Below are positions 46,508-58,400 of a stretch of 64,000 nucleotides of DNA, piece by piece. The notes below the pieces were generated by a model. That model worked only from the letters and a program-made list of their open reading frames with translations, made no database searches and had not been told where the DNA came from. The stretch comes from Nitrospirota bacterium (lineage in GTDB: Bacteria > JACPQY01), in NCBI GenBank assembly GCA_016180645.1, contig JACPAV010000010.1, positions 1 to 64,000 of the forward strand, read 5' to 3'. Positions within the stretch are counted from its first letter, which is position 1. Each line of letters begins with the position of its first letter. Both the position numbers and the translations under genes were made by a program.

Positions 46508-47321
46508 AGCGATTGTCCTCAAAGCGACTCCTTTCGGCGAGTCGGACCGTCTGGTCACTCTATTCACGCGCGAGGCCGGTCTTCTTTCGGCCATGGCCAA
46601 GGGTGCGCAACGGAGCCGGAAGCGTTTCGGTGGTACGCTGGACTCTCTCTCGAAAGTGCAGGCGATGGTCCAGTGGCGGAAATCGAATGCGATGCCGCTC
46701 CTCGCGGCGGCATCCCTCGTCGATTTTGGATTGGGCATTCGATCGGATCTGCGGCGTGTGGCCCAGGCTTCCTATATGGGCGAGCTCATTTGGCGTGGTT
46801 CGAAGCCGGGCGTGAGGATGATGGACCTCTACGATGCCTGTTGCCTCGTCCTCGGCCGACTGGCGGCGGAGGGACCGGAGCCGGATACTCTCGCGTGGTT
46901 TCTGCTGAAACTTCAGACCGCCCACGGCTATCGGCCCAAACTCGATGTCTGCTCGATCTGTCAGGGTCCCATCGGGGCGCCCAACGGAAATCGAGGGCCA
47001 CGAACCACGAGCCACGATGAAGTGCCCATGAGCTACAAAAGCGGCGGCGTCGTTTGCTCCCGCTGTGCGGATCGTGCGGAAATCAATATGCAACTCCCCG
47101 TTGGCGCTCTCTCCTGGCTCCAGTCTCTTTCCAATCCCGCCGTCGCTGCTTGTCTCCCGTCGCCTCACGCCTCACCCTTCACGGCTAACGACTTGCGACT
47201 CACGGCTCACGAGCAGCGTGCTGCTCAGCAATTCCTCCACCGTTTCATTCTCTTTCATCTTGAGTTCCAACCCGCCTCATGGCGCTGGTGGCATCGGATC
47301 GTTGAAAGAACCGAGGCCTGA
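46488..47321 (+). CDS. recO: DNA repair protein RecO
   Basis: EAIVLK...GESDRLVTLFTREAG...AKGA; CxxC...CxxC zinc finger. Confidence 0.93.
   Translation: MRNLATEAIVLKATPFGESDRLVTLFTREAGLLSAMAKGAQRSRKRFGGTLDSLSKVQAMVQWRKSNAMPLLAAASLVDFGLGIRSDLRRVAQASYMGELIWRGSKPGVRMMDLYDACCLVLGRLAAEGPEPDTLAWFLLKLQTAHGYRPKLDVCSICQGPIGAPNGNRGPRTTSHDEVPMSYKSGGVVCSRCADRAEINMQLPVGALSWLQSLSNPAVAACLPSPHASPFTANDLRLTAHEQRAAQQFLHRFILFHLEFQPASWRWWHRIVERTEA
46991..47213. repeat. Two in-frame heptamer arrays in recO (CCACGAN at 46991-47018; TCACG-type x7 at 47165-47213)
   Basis: 7-nt phase conserved; encode GPRTTSHD and PHASPFTANDLRLTAHE. Confidence 0.85.
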
Positions 47322-47378
47322 GGTATGAGGGCCGATGTGGATTCCTGCACTCAGTCCTCAGTCCTCGGTCCTGGGGGC
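47312..47378. repeat. Inverted heptamer arrays (TGAGG-type / TCAGTCC) at the recO-argS junction
   Basis: CGA/TGA at 47312, 47319, 47326, 47333; TCA/TCG at 47351, 47358, 47365. Confidence 0.8.
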
Positions 47379-47383
47379 TGGAT

Positions 47384-49081
<1,698 letters not shown>

Positions 49082-49094
49082 CCCCCCGAATGAA

Positions 49095-49121
49095 GTCATC
49101 CTGAGCGAAGCGAAGGATCTC
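49095..49121. repeat. REP-type palindrome arm GTCATCCTGAGCGAAGCGAAGGATCTC (partial complementary arm at 49402-49411)
   Basis: Resembles a widespread REP arm; GAGATCCTTC at 49402 is the reverse complement of its last 10 nt. Confidence 0.7.
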
Positions 49122-49178
49122 TCGGATGAACCGAAAATGCGGTTTTCTATCGGGATAGCTTGTGATAAGATCATACCC

Positions 49179-49403
49179 GTGGGTATTAATATCGACGAAG
49201 TGATCGAGAAGGCATTGGAGTCGGCCTTCTCCCGTGCCCTCCAGCAGACCATTGAAGGCAAGGCGGAAATCCTCTTCAAGCGGGCATTCGAGAATGGTTC
49301 TCCTGTAGCCAGGAAGCTCGAACAGAAGATCGAAGAAGGATTTCAGAAGTTCTTCGAGAAAGGTATTCAGTGGGAGAAGAAGAAAACCGGTTTCAAGAAA
49401 TGA
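49179..49403 (+). CDS. Small helical hypothetical protein (~74 aa)
   Basis: Protein-like ORF (GINIDEVIEKALESAF...) filling the argS-SPOR gap; start uncertain. Confidence 0.65.
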   Translation: MGINIDEVIEKALESAFSRALQQTIEGKAEILFKRAFENGSPVARKLEQKIEEGFQKFFEKGIQWEKKKTGFKK

Positions 49404-49412
49404 GATCCTTCA

Positions 49413-49496
49413 ATTCACGATTGACGATTCACGACCCCCAGGAAGGGGGAAGTGCCGCGGGAGGGCAGGAGCCCGGAGCGGCCGGTTCACGATTCA
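49413..49496. repeat. TCACGA heptamer array containing copy 2 of the 62-bp element (49431-49492)
   Basis: Matches 39085-39146; ends just before the SPOR gene ATG. Confidence 0.9.
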
Positions 49497-50216
49497 ATGG
49501 CTGACAACATCGGTCGAACCAGTTCGCGTTACGAATTCAGCGCCGATCCGAAGCAATTCGCGCTCCTGCTTGGAGTCGCGGGCCTTTTCGTGGTCGTTGT
49601 TTTCTTTTCCGGAGTTCTTGTCGGGAACATCGTGGCGAAACGACAGGCCAGGCCAACGCTGGCATCGGCGACCGTGCCGGGTGAGGCGGGCGACAAGAAA
49701 AGCGGGGCGATCGACGAAGAGCGGATTTTGAAGGAGTTGGATGCCTCCGCGGCTCCGGAGCCGGGAATGGCGACTCCTCCCGTTGAGTCCGCGCCGCTCC
49801 CCATGGCCGAGCCTGAGCCACCCACCCGGGAGGCAGCTCCACCGCAGATCAAACGGGAGGTTGTGGAACTCACGCCTCCGCCGCCGGTCCGGAAACCGAA
49901 ACCAACATTCGTCCCCTCCGTGAAACCCAAACCAGCTCCCTCACTTGCCACTCGCCACTCGCCACTCGCCACCGGCTCAAGCTACTACTCCGTCCAAGTC
50001 GCCGCCTTCCGGGAGCGGCCGCTGGCGGACCGATTCGCGAACAATTTGAAATCGAAAGCCTACGAAGCGTACGTTGTAAAGGCCAACCTGCCGAGCGGAT
50101 TGTGGTACCGTGTTCGCGTCGGCAAGGTTACTTCCGAGGCGCAAGCCCAGTCCCTCCACTCCAAGCTCGTCAACCGCGAAAAACTCGCCGGCATCATCGT
50201 CCACGAAGGCCGGTAG
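49497..50216 (+). CDS. SPOR-domain cell-division protein (FtsN/DedD-like)
   Basis: TM helix, Pro-rich linker, YSVQVAAF...WYRVRVG; downstream of argS as usual. Confidence 0.9.
   Translation: MADNIGRTSSRYEFSADPKQFALLLGVAGLFVVVVFFSGVLVGNIVAKRQARPTLASATVPGEAGDKKSGAIDEERILKELDASAAPEPGMATPPVESAPLPMAEPEPPTREAAPPQIKREVVELTPPPPVRKPKPTFVPSVKPKPAPSLATRHSPLATGSSYYSVQVAAFRERPLADRFANNLKSKAYEAYVVKANLPSGLWYRVRVGKVTSEAQAQSLHSKLVNREKLAGIIVHEGR
49941..49975. repeat. (CCACTCG)n in-frame heptamer array in the SPOR linker
   Basis: tcacttg, ccactcg x3, ccaccgg; encodes SLATRHSPLAT. Confidence 0.88.
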
Positions 50217-50288
50217 CCCGCCTGCGGCCTTCACCAGGCTTGCTCGTGCCTGTTTGAAGCGTCCGGGTCTTCATGTCAGGATGAAAGG

Positions 50289-50810
50289 GTGAGCCGTCAA
50301 GATCCGAACCGGAGAGAACACAGCGCAAGACTGGAGGAACTGGCGCGGGCGTTCGCTGAAGCCTTGGTTCGGGACTGGAAAGATCGCCTCCTGTCCGTTG
50401 TGCTCTACGGCTCGGTCGCGCGTGGCGAAGCCGAGAAGCACTCGGACATCGATGTCTTGGTCACGGGTGATCCCATTCCGACGCCGTATGACCAGAGACT
50501 CCACCTGATCCGTTCCGCTGAAGCTTCCGTCGAGCCTCTGAAGTCCCGCCTCGTGGGCCAAGGTTACTTCGCCGAATTGGCCGTGCTGATCAAGCGAAAG
50601 GAGGACATCGACTGGCACACGCCGATCCTTCTTGACATCACGGAGGACGGCAGGATCCTCTACGACCGTGGTGACTACATGAAAATGACACTGGACGTGA
50701 TCCGGTCCCGGCTGAAAGCACTCGGCTCGAAGCGAATTCACCTTCCGGACGGGACATGGTTCTGGGATCTGAAACCTGACTACAAGCCGGGCGACATCAT
50801 CGAGATATGA
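50289..50810 (+). CDS. Minimal nucleotidyltransferase (MNT) antitoxin
   Basis: VLYGSVARGEAEKHSDIDVLV. Confidence 0.9.
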   Translation: MSRQDPNRREHSARLEELARAFAEALVRDWKDRLLSVVLYGSVARGEAEKHSDIDVLVTGDPIPTPYDQRLHLIRSAEASVEPLKSRLVGQGYFAELAVLIKRKEDIDWHTPILLDITEDGRILYDRGDYMKMTLDVIRSRLKALGSKRIHLPDGTWFWDLKPDYKPGDIIEI

Positions 50811-51232
50811 CCAATCACGAGATCTGGCGAAATCTCTTCTCACACGGCGAAGACATGATCCGAACGGTGGAGACGGCGCATGCGGACGCAAAATGGGCTC
50901 TTGCCGTCCGCTGGGCGCAGGAATCTTTGGAGTTGCTATTGAAGGGCGTCCTGCGATTCCTGGGGATCGAGACACCGAAAACGCATGATCCGGGCAAGGT
51001 CATTCGGTCGTGTCCCGCGCGGTTCTCCGGGTGGAGCCGGGAAGAGATGGACTTTGTGTGCGATCTGTCGGCGTTCCTGCGAGAGTATCGCGAACTGAGT
51101 TTCTGTGGTGACGAAGACAGGCATCTTCCACCCCAGGAGATCATCACCAGGGAAATGGCGAGGCGGGCCGTGGACGGGCTGAAGCGCGCCCATGCCCTTT
51201 GCCTTCGCATCCTGCCCTCCCGACCGGCGTGA
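50807..51232 (+). CDS. HEPN-domain protein
   Basis: AQESLELLLKGVL...PKTHD; ATGA overlap with MNT. Confidence 0.85.
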   Translation: MTNHEIWRNLFSHGEDMIRTVETAHADAKWALAVRWAQESLELLLKGVLRFLGIETPKTHDPGKVIRSCPARFSGWSREEMDFVCDLSAFLREYRELSFCGDEDRHLPPQEIITREMARRAVDGLKRAHALCLRILPSRPA

Positions 51233-51387
51233 TCGCCGCGTCCGCGTGAACTGAAGCGCGAGGGCCGGCATCCGGTGGGGAACGCAGCCTCCTTGAGCCG
51301 GAGACGGACGGGAGCGAGGCGCAGAGGATCGACAAGATGGCCCGCGCTTTCCATTTGAGCCGTGACCGCACCGGGGAACGAAGCCGC

Positions 51388-51417
51388 TTGACCAATCAGA
51401 CTAGACCTGTAGACTAG
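51388..51417 (+). promoter_or_regulatory. Putative promoter/operator of the second Phd-VapC pair
   Basis: TTGACC-N16-TAGACT; AGACTAG repeated at 51398 and 51411; ATG 7 nt after the -10 box. Confidence 0.6.
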
Positions 51418-51422
51418 TAGGT

Positions 51423-51656
51423 ATGAAAGCAAGAGAGATCGGAGCCTTTGAAGCCAAGACGCATCTCTCGGAGGTCTTGGAGGAGGTCCGAAAAGGCCGC
51501 GCGTACGTGATTACGAAACGAGGACGTCCCGTGGCCGAATTGCGCCCACCCACGCTGCCCGACCGCCGGCTCCGGTTCGGTTGCGACAAGGGACGGGTGG
51601 TTCTCGGCTCGGACTTCGATGCGCCCCTTGACGACATGAAGGAGTATTCAAAGTGA
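51423..51656 (+). CDS. Phd/YefM-family antitoxin
   Basis: IGAFEAKTHLSEVLEEVRKG...ITKRGRPVAEL...DFDAPL. Confidence 0.92.
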   Translation: MKAREIGAFEAKTHLSEVLEEVRKGRAYVITKRGRPVAELRPPTLPDRRLRFGCDKGRVVLGSDFDAPLDDMKEYSK

Positions 51657-52036
51657 GAGTGCTCTTGGACACGCATGCCTTTCTATGGTTTGTAACCGGG
51701 GACAGGCGATTGAGCCGTCCGGCGCTCCGCGCCTTGGAGAAGAAGGGGGACGAGATCTTTCTCAGCGCGGCGAGCGTGTGGGAAATTGCCATCAAAGCGA
51801 GCTTGGCTCGGCTCGTGCTGCCGGCGCCCGTCCGAGAGTATGTCGCCGAGAAGATGGAGCAGGGTCTCCGTCTCCTGCCGGTGGAGTGGTCCCATGCTGC
51901 CGCCGTGGAGAAACTGCCGTTCCATCACCGCGACCCGTTCGACCGATTGTTGGTGGCGCAGGCCTTGGCCGAAAGCATGCCGATGGTGACGGGCGACCGG
52001 ACCTTCCGCGCGTACGGTGTCGAAGTGATCTGGTGA
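51653..52036 (+). CDS. VapC/PIN-domain toxin
   Basis: VLLDTHAFLW, SAASVWEIAIK, HRDPFDRLLVAQA. Confidence 0.95.
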   Translation: MRVLLDTHAFLWFVTGDRRLSRPALRALEKKGDEIFLSAASVWEIAIKASLARLVLPAPVREYVAEKMEQGLRLLPVEWSHAAAVEKLPFHHRDPFDRLLVAQALAESMPMVTGDRTFRAYGVEVIW

Positions 52037-52198
52037 GAGAGCCGCATCCCAAGCTGCTGGATTTCGCTTCCCACCGGTCATCCGCCGTCCCGATGGCGGC
52101 CTCCGATTGGCGCTTGACACACATGTGGGTTTTTGCCAGTATTGCCCTGAATGGGAGGAAATTCTATGGTGAGATCGCGAATGAGCCGCAATTCAATC

Positions 52199-52708
52199 AT
52201 GACCGGTGTTAGTATTTCCAAAGGGAGCCGAAGTGGTTTCACCCTGATCGAGCTCCTCGTCGTCATCGCCATCATGGGAGTCCTCTCCGCAATCGCCATT
52301 CCGCAGTACCTCGGATATCGCGAAAGAGCGAAATCCGGTTCGCTGTTGCTGTCTGGGAATCAGGCGCAAAAGTGGGTTCAGGGCTGCATGGATGCTTTTG
52401 CGGCAGGTCAGGTTCCAAAGACGCAGACGGGGGCAGCCGCCGGAATTCTGAATGCGGCGGCGTGCTGTGCCGCCTATGGCACGGCGACGTACTGGGATAG
52501 TGGCGCTCCACTACCTCTTTCGCCCTTCTCGGGCAGTTCGGTTTCCGGCGCTTGCCCGGCAGTAGCCGCAAACACAGCGCTGTTTGGAGTGGCCGCGGCT
52601 CAAGGCAAAGTTGCACTGATTCCCGCGCCACCCGCATGCGCGGTCACGGTCACGAACTGTGTGAATGGTGTGGTTGCGGTCCAGACTTTTATCGCCTCCA
52701 GCGATTGA
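52199..52708 (+). CDS. Type IV pilin (candidate major pilin; start could be 52181)
   Basis: G/FTLIELLVVIAIMGVLSAIAIPQY. Confidence 0.9.
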   Translation: MTGVSISKGSRSGFTLIELLVVIAIMGVLSAIAIPQYLGYRERAKSGSLLLSGNQAQKWVQGCMDAFAAGQVPKTQTGAAAGILNAAACCAAYGTATYWDSGAPLPLSPFSGSSVSGACPAVAANTALFGVAAAQGKVALIPAPPACAVTVTNCVNGVVAVQTFIASSD

Positions 52709-52742
52709 TCCGAACATCAGGTAAGTTCCATCCAATCGGTCA

Positions 52743-53264
52743 ATGATTGGCTGGGTCGAGGGATTCCGGCTGATTCCAAGTCGTAGTTTCAGTTCGTTTC
52801 TCCCGCTGCCTGGGTTTCTCATCGCTCTCACGATCCTCGCCTCATGCATGTTGCTCGGTTTCCCAAGCTATCGGGCGTATGCGGTCCGCAGCCGCGATGC
52901 AAGCGCCCAAGTCGATGCTCGGGAACTCAGGGTGGCAGAGGAACGGTTCTTCGTCGATCACGGCGTCTACACGAGCGACTGTGCCGCGCTTTGCGATAAT
53001 TCCTTTGGATTATCAAAAGCGGGTACTCAGTGGTTGAGTCTTGAAATCGAGCCTTCAGAGACGGGTAGGCCTACTTACACTGCGAAGATTTCTCATCCTC
53101 GCGGCACCCGGATCTACACGGCCACCCCGGAAGGAATTTCAGAACAGCCCTGCGGGCCGGATGCCGCGCCGGGCTGTCTGTCGGGTCCCGGAAAATGCGT
53201 GCCGGTGAACGCCCCCTGCTCATGTGGCTCCTCCCTCCCAGACCGGCCCGCTTGCAAGTTCTAG
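52743..53264 (+). CDS. Pilin-like protein with degenerate N-terminal cleavage motif
   Basis: Hydrophobic helix + PSYRAYAVRSR...EERFF...Y, but no GFxxxE motif; body resembles 53288-53773. Confidence 0.65.
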   Translation: MIGWVEGFRLIPSRSFSSFLPLPGFLIALTILASCMLLGFPSYRAYAVRSRDASAQVDARELRVAEERFFVDHGVYTSDCAALCDNSFGLSKAGTQWLSLEIEPSETGRPTYTAKISHPRGTRIYTATPEGISEQPCGPDAAPGCLSGPGKCVPVNAPCSCGSSLPDRPACKF

Positions 53265-53287
53265 AGGCATGGAGTAAGGTGGGCAAG

Positions 53288-53773
53288 ATGAAGCGGCTCC
53301 TGCTTGGGTTCACTCTCATCGAGCTCCTCGTCGTCATTGCGATCATCGGGGTGCTGTCTGCCATCGCCACTTCCTCGTATGTAGGCTATCGTGCGCAGTC
53401 CAGAAATGTTGGTTGCAATGCCGATGCCATCAAGTTCGGCGTGGCGAATGAACAGTACTTCAGCTTGAACATGAAGTACATCCCTACTGTGGGTCAGTGC
53501 AATCTTCTGTGCACAAACTCATTCCTGGCCTCCAAGATCCAGGGCACGAGCTGCGCAATAACCTACGTTCCCGCCCCGGCGGCCAACCCCGCCACGTACA
53601 CGGCAACCCTCTGGCATCCCAACGGAAATACAAAATACGGGATTTCATCAGGCTCCTCCAACATAACGGCAACGGCGTGTGGAGGCGCGAATTGCGGCGG
53701 AGCGGGCATATGTCCGAACCTCGCAGGGTGCTGCTGCCCAGGCCAACCCCCGGGCTGCCCCGCCTGCTATTAG
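53288..53773 (+). CDS. Type IV pilin (PilE-like) with Cys-rich tail
   Basis: MKRLLLG/FTLIELLVVIAIIGVLSAIA. Confidence 0.9.
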   Translation: MKRLLLGFTLIELLVVIAIIGVLSAIATSSYVGYRAQSRNVGCNADAIKFGVANEQYFSLNMKYIPTVGQCNLLCTNSFLASKIQGTSCAITYVPAPAANPATYTATLWHPNGNTKYGISSGSSNITATACGGANCGGAGICPNLAGCCCPGQPPGCPACY

Positions 53774-53882
53774 TCCAAGATCCGTCTTTTTTTTCAATAC
53801 CACGGTTCCAAGCAACGAATGCTGTCCTCTGCCATCGTAACCTACTGTAATTCCATAAGTTCCTGGACCTTGCGAGACGGGC

Positions 53883-53897
53883 TGGCACGGTTCTTGT
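53883..53897 (+). promoter_or_regulatory. Possible sigma54 -24/-12 element
   Basis: TGGCACG-GTTC-TTGT (GT instead of GC at -12); very close to the GTG start. Confidence 0.35.
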
Positions 53898-53913
53898 TAT
53901 CTCTCATGGCATT

Positions 53914-54618
53914 GTGAAGGTTGAGACTGTTCCTAATATCGGACCCAAGGGCGGTTTTTCGCTCGTCGAACTCCTCGTTTCCATGGTGATCCTTGCCGTG
54001 GGCCTCACCGCCACGGCAACGGCGCTCCTTCGTATCCAGCAGAGCGTGCAGATTGCGTTCCATCAGTCTCAGGGCCTGCACATCCTCAATGAATTGCTCA
54101 TGCAGGTCTCTACCGTCAACTCTGCCAATAACCCCGGTATCGGTTTCTCGGTGACTCAGAACGTGCCGCTGGTGGACAATTTCTTCAATAGGGCCGGTGC
54201 CGGTACGTTCACAACCAATCCCCGGATGGATGCAGGGAGCGGTGGCCTGACATGCACAAGCGCCAACACGACCGTCCAGAATTGCCTGTTCAAGTTCTTC
54301 AATACACAAACGAACCAGTCGGAGAATATCATCAATGGCAACAACGCACTCGGAACCTGCCCGGTCGGTGGGCCTATCAATACAACCTGTTATGACCCTG
54401 ACCGGCTGGACCAAGACACCACCCGCTATAGGATTTCCTGGGCGATTACCAACAGGGCCGATAGCGCCGGCATCGGCGGCAATGTGCAGACCTATAACGC
54501 TTGCGAAGGGGCTACTCCGGGGCAGAATATTCTCGCCCGGCAAGTGACGCTAACGGTGCAGTGGCAAGAGCGGGGGCAAACCTACACCAAGTCTCAACCG
54601 CTTTTCCTGGGCTGCTGA
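53914..54618 (+). CDS. Minor pilin, PilV-like
   Basis: G/FSLVELLVSMVILAVGL; C-terminal RQVTLTVQW. Confidence 0.88.
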   Translation: MKVETVPNIGPKGGFSLVELLVSMVILAVGLTATATALLRIQQSVQIAFHQSQGLHILNELLMQVSTVNSANNPGIGFSVTQNVPLVDNFFNRAGAGTFTTNPRMDAGSGGLTCTSANTTVQNCLFKFFNTQTNQSENIINGNNALGTCPVGGPINTTCYDPDRLDQDTTRYRISWAITNRADSAGIGGNVQTYNACEGATPGQNILARQVTLTVQWQERGQTYTKSQPLFLGC

Positions 54619-55430
54619 TGGGAAACAACTTGAAGCAGGACCGCGAGCCACGGATGGGATTCACGCTCTTGGAACTCCTGGTGGTGATGGCCATTACGGG
54701 AATCATAGCGGCCGCCAGCATGGCCATGTTTGCCGCCTTCAACCGCACCTACCGGATGCAGGCCAACATTCGCCGCGCCCAGCAAACCATGGCCATCGTG
54801 GGAAACCAGGTCATCGAGACCATCGCCAAGGCCAGTGGGGGGTTTCAGGGGTCGATGACGGTCGTAAATACGTCGAACTGTGGCGGCAACCCCTGCAGGC
54901 GGATGGGATTCGAATACTCGGTCAGCAAGACGGCGGGGGAGATGGGGGTGGCCAACACCACTGCCCATGTGGTCCAAGCGAAGGGAACCGTGAACTTCGG
55001 CGCGCTGACGACTGGAACAGGCTATTGGTGCCTCGCAAGGACGGCGACCGGGAATTGGGCGGGAAATTGCAACATGGATGGGAATGGCAGTTGTCAGACG
55101 TCCGATCCCGCCGCAGATTACTTCTGCCGCGGCAACGGCAGGGTGGGAGGGGCGCCGCTCCCCTCCGGAACACTCCAGTTCCGGAATATCCAATTCAATT
55201 GCTACACGAACGACAACCTTCCCGTCGCTTGCAATGCCGGCACGCCCAAGCGAATTGAGCTGGTCGTCCAGGCGAGGGTCTGCGTGGAAACCGGCTGCGC
55301 CTCCGCTTTCGTCGCGCTTCCCACCCCATCCCCGGCCGGGAGCGGCTGGCTGGATCAAACGTGGGCGTCCTCGCAGGTTATCCTCAATGATTTCCAAACC
55401 CCTGGCGGCGGGAACCGGAGGCCCTTCTGA
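54618..55430 (+). CDS. Minor pilin, PilW-like
   Basis: G/FTLLELLVVMAITGII; TGATG overlap. Confidence 0.88.
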   Translation: MGNNLKQDREPRMGFTLLELLVVMAITGIIAAASMAMFAAFNRTYRMQANIRRAQQTMAIVGNQVIETIAKASGGFQGSMTVVNTSNCGGNPCRRMGFEYSVSKTAGEMGVANTTAHVVQAKGTVNFGALTTGTGYWCLARTATGNWAGNCNMDGNGSCQTSDPAADYFCRGNGRVGGAPLPSGTLQFRNIQFNCYTNDNLPVACNAGTPKRIELVVQARVCVETGCASAFVALPTPSPAGSGWLDQTWASSQVILNDFQTPGGGNRRPF

Positions 55431-58400
55431 TGTCGGCGAGAGACACCCTCGGGAATCAGAAAGGCTTTGTACTCATCCTTGTGCTCATGATGCTGGCCGT
55501 GACCACCGTCATGATGACCGCCGCCGGAGGGGAAGCCGTTCACTGGCACAAAACCATTAATGCAGAGCAGGACAAGATGTTCGGCAAGAGCAACCGGCTC
55601 TCCAAGATGGCCGCGATTTCCATGATCTATAGTCGCCTGATGGGGTCCCACAAGTATGCGAGTGGGGAAACGCAGACCGGATTTCAATCGGCGGTCAATT
55701 ACATCCAAGGCAAGCCCAAGAGCGAGTATGCAAGTAACCTCGTTGCCAGCGGAAACGGTCAGACGTTCACCGATCTTACAGTCGGTGTCAATCTGAGCGG
55801 GACGACCAAGAACTTGGGGAATGGATTCCTGATCAAGTGCGACCAAGACGTCGAGAATTGGAGGAACTCGGAGGGGGGGAACGTGAGCGCATCCTACCGG
55901 GTCCGAAATTCAGTCGATATCCGGAAACCGGCCGACCCGACGCTTAATCCGGATCCGGATGCCGGGACCATCATGCGTACGCTGCTGGGAATAGGTCTCA
56001 CCGTGGAGATCTGCCGCCAGGACGGGTGCAGCGAATCCTTGACCGCTCAATCCTGCGACGTCGTGTTCACCATGGCTTTCCTTTCCCCTTTCGATTACCC
56101 GATCTTTATCGAAGAAACATTGACATGGGGGTCGCCGGCGGGCGCCACGATCAGTTGGGGTGATTTCACGGTGGACCGCGGGATGGCCTACTTCGGCGCA
56201 GGCGCCGAGGATCCGAACGATCTGATTGCTCTCGGGGAAGTGTTCCACACTCCCAAAGAAAAGGACAGAATCGCTTGCGATCCTGATACAACTTCCAACT
56301 GCGTGTTCGACAACAACAGCGCCACCGTCCACGGCGGGGACTGGCCCCGTGTTCTCAACGGGTCTCAGGAGCACGACATCGACAACCACGTGATGAAGAT
56401 TCCCTTCCCGGAAGCCTGCAAGAAACCGCCCGACAGCGTCGGCTCCATCGGTAAGGAATGCTACAAGCCTTTTACCGACCTGATGAATTGCATCGATAAC
56501 TGCAAGAACCCTCCCGGTTGCGGGACCCGGTTCGACAACGGCGGAATCGACGGGATGATTTCCTGCAAATGGGACGACAACAGTAACGGGACGATCGAAT
56601 ACAGCGAGCCTTACACGGACGATACGACGGTGGCTTCCATCGGCGCCGGCTGGGCGTGGACCGCCGCCCTTCCCACCTTCAATGGCAACGTCTCCGACTC
56701 CAATGCGGGCTCCGTGCCCAACATCAGTCTCGGGTGCTCGTCCAACACGACTTGGGCGACGATTTTCGATCCGCTCTGCCTGACGGGCGACGGCGTTATC
56801 AGCGGGAGCAACACGATCCAAAACTTGATCATCAACGGCAACTTGGACGTGACGGGCAGCGCGAACCCCTGCACCTGCCCGATCCTCGGGACCACCACGT
56901 GCAACGGTCAGTGCAAGTGCAACCCCTGCTCAAGCTGCAACGGTTCGTGCGGCCTCGCCGACCTCTTCGGAACCGGCTGCAACCTGACCAATCCGACGTG
57001 TTGTATCCCGTGCATCCCCGGCTGCATCCGGGATGTCCACTGTGGTTACAATGTAGGGGGCACCGTGGTGGTGAAGGGCAACGCGCGGTTCCGGAACCAT
57101 TTCAAGTTGAACCCGGGCAGCCGGCTCTACGTTTTGGGAAATCTCGAAGTGTACGACGCGAACCTTTCAGATGAGATCCGCCTCTGCACGATTCTGCCAT
57201 GCTTGGAAGGGCAGCTCATGTCCCTGGGCGTGGGGAAATACGACTTCCATGTTTGGACCAAGGAAAATAGCATGATCTATGTGCGGGGGGATGCCTTCAT
57301 CAAGGGCGCCGATGTTGGCCCGCTGACGGAAGCGACCCTCATGGGCTATCAACTGATCTGCTCGATCCTCAATCCGATCCTCGGCCTGTTCGGGATTTCG
57401 TGTCCGACCTCGTCGCCCTATATGCTCCTCGGCCCGAGGCCCAATTTCGGGGGAGAAACCAACCTGGCGAACACGATCAAGGATGATTCGCTCATCTTGG
57501 TGCGCGGGCTAACCCCCACCGTGCGCGACACCAACGCCAATGGCAACCTGGCGGATGAGAACCCCCAGACTCCGGAGGGGAATAATCTTGGAGATCCGGG
57601 TATCTGGGCCCCCAACAACTTCACACCGGCCAACTCCGCCTGGCACTCCGTCGGCCATTACAAGTGGAAGACACGGGACCTGCATGATCTGGTCCTCAAG
57701 GCCGGCGGGCGGACCAGGATGGACCTTCACCCCGGAAGAGTCTCCGATGCATCCGTGGCCTACAACAATAACACCCTGGCCGCACGGGGAGACCTCTGTT
57801 GCCACGCCCCATGCAGCAAAGGGTCGGGGACCACCGATCCCATCGATTTTGCGCTGGACATCAGCGAATCGAGGAAGCAGGCGATTCAAATGACTCCCAT
57901 CGGATCGCACGTGCACCGGCACGCCTTTGACAGCAATGCGGCCAACACCAGTGACAACGATTCCAACATGTGCGCGGCTTTGTCGTTCCCCGCGGCCCCC
58001 AACAACTGCCTGGCCTGGCAGCAGGACCACGAAGCCGAACAGTATTTCGGCCAACCGAATAACAACAACTTCACGTACTGGAACGGTGGTGGCTGGGCCG
58101 CCTCGGCGCCGATCGGAGGCGGTTGCTCAACGAATACGCTTAACGCCAATTACTGGGGTTACTCCCAGCCGGTGTTCAAAGGTCACGCCGATCTCGAACT
58201 GTGGTCCTACGGAAGCCCCTGCATCATCGGTCTCCCATACCAGAACATGGCCGTGTACGGCACGATTTTCTCCATGGGAAGCATCGCCACCAACCAGACC
58301 TTGGTGGGGCTGGGAAACATGGTGTCCATGGGCCCGCAAGTTTACCCGGAGCACATGAGCTCCATGCTGGTGAATGACAACAATGTGTGCGACGACGGTT

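Noticed and set aside
51235-51385. Possible ncRNA or pseudogene between HEPN and Phd
   Set aside because: No recognisable structure, motif or homology by eye.
53778-53795. Rho-independent terminator after the PilE-like gene
   Set aside because: A U-tract is present but the stem (AAGA/TCTT) is too weak to call.
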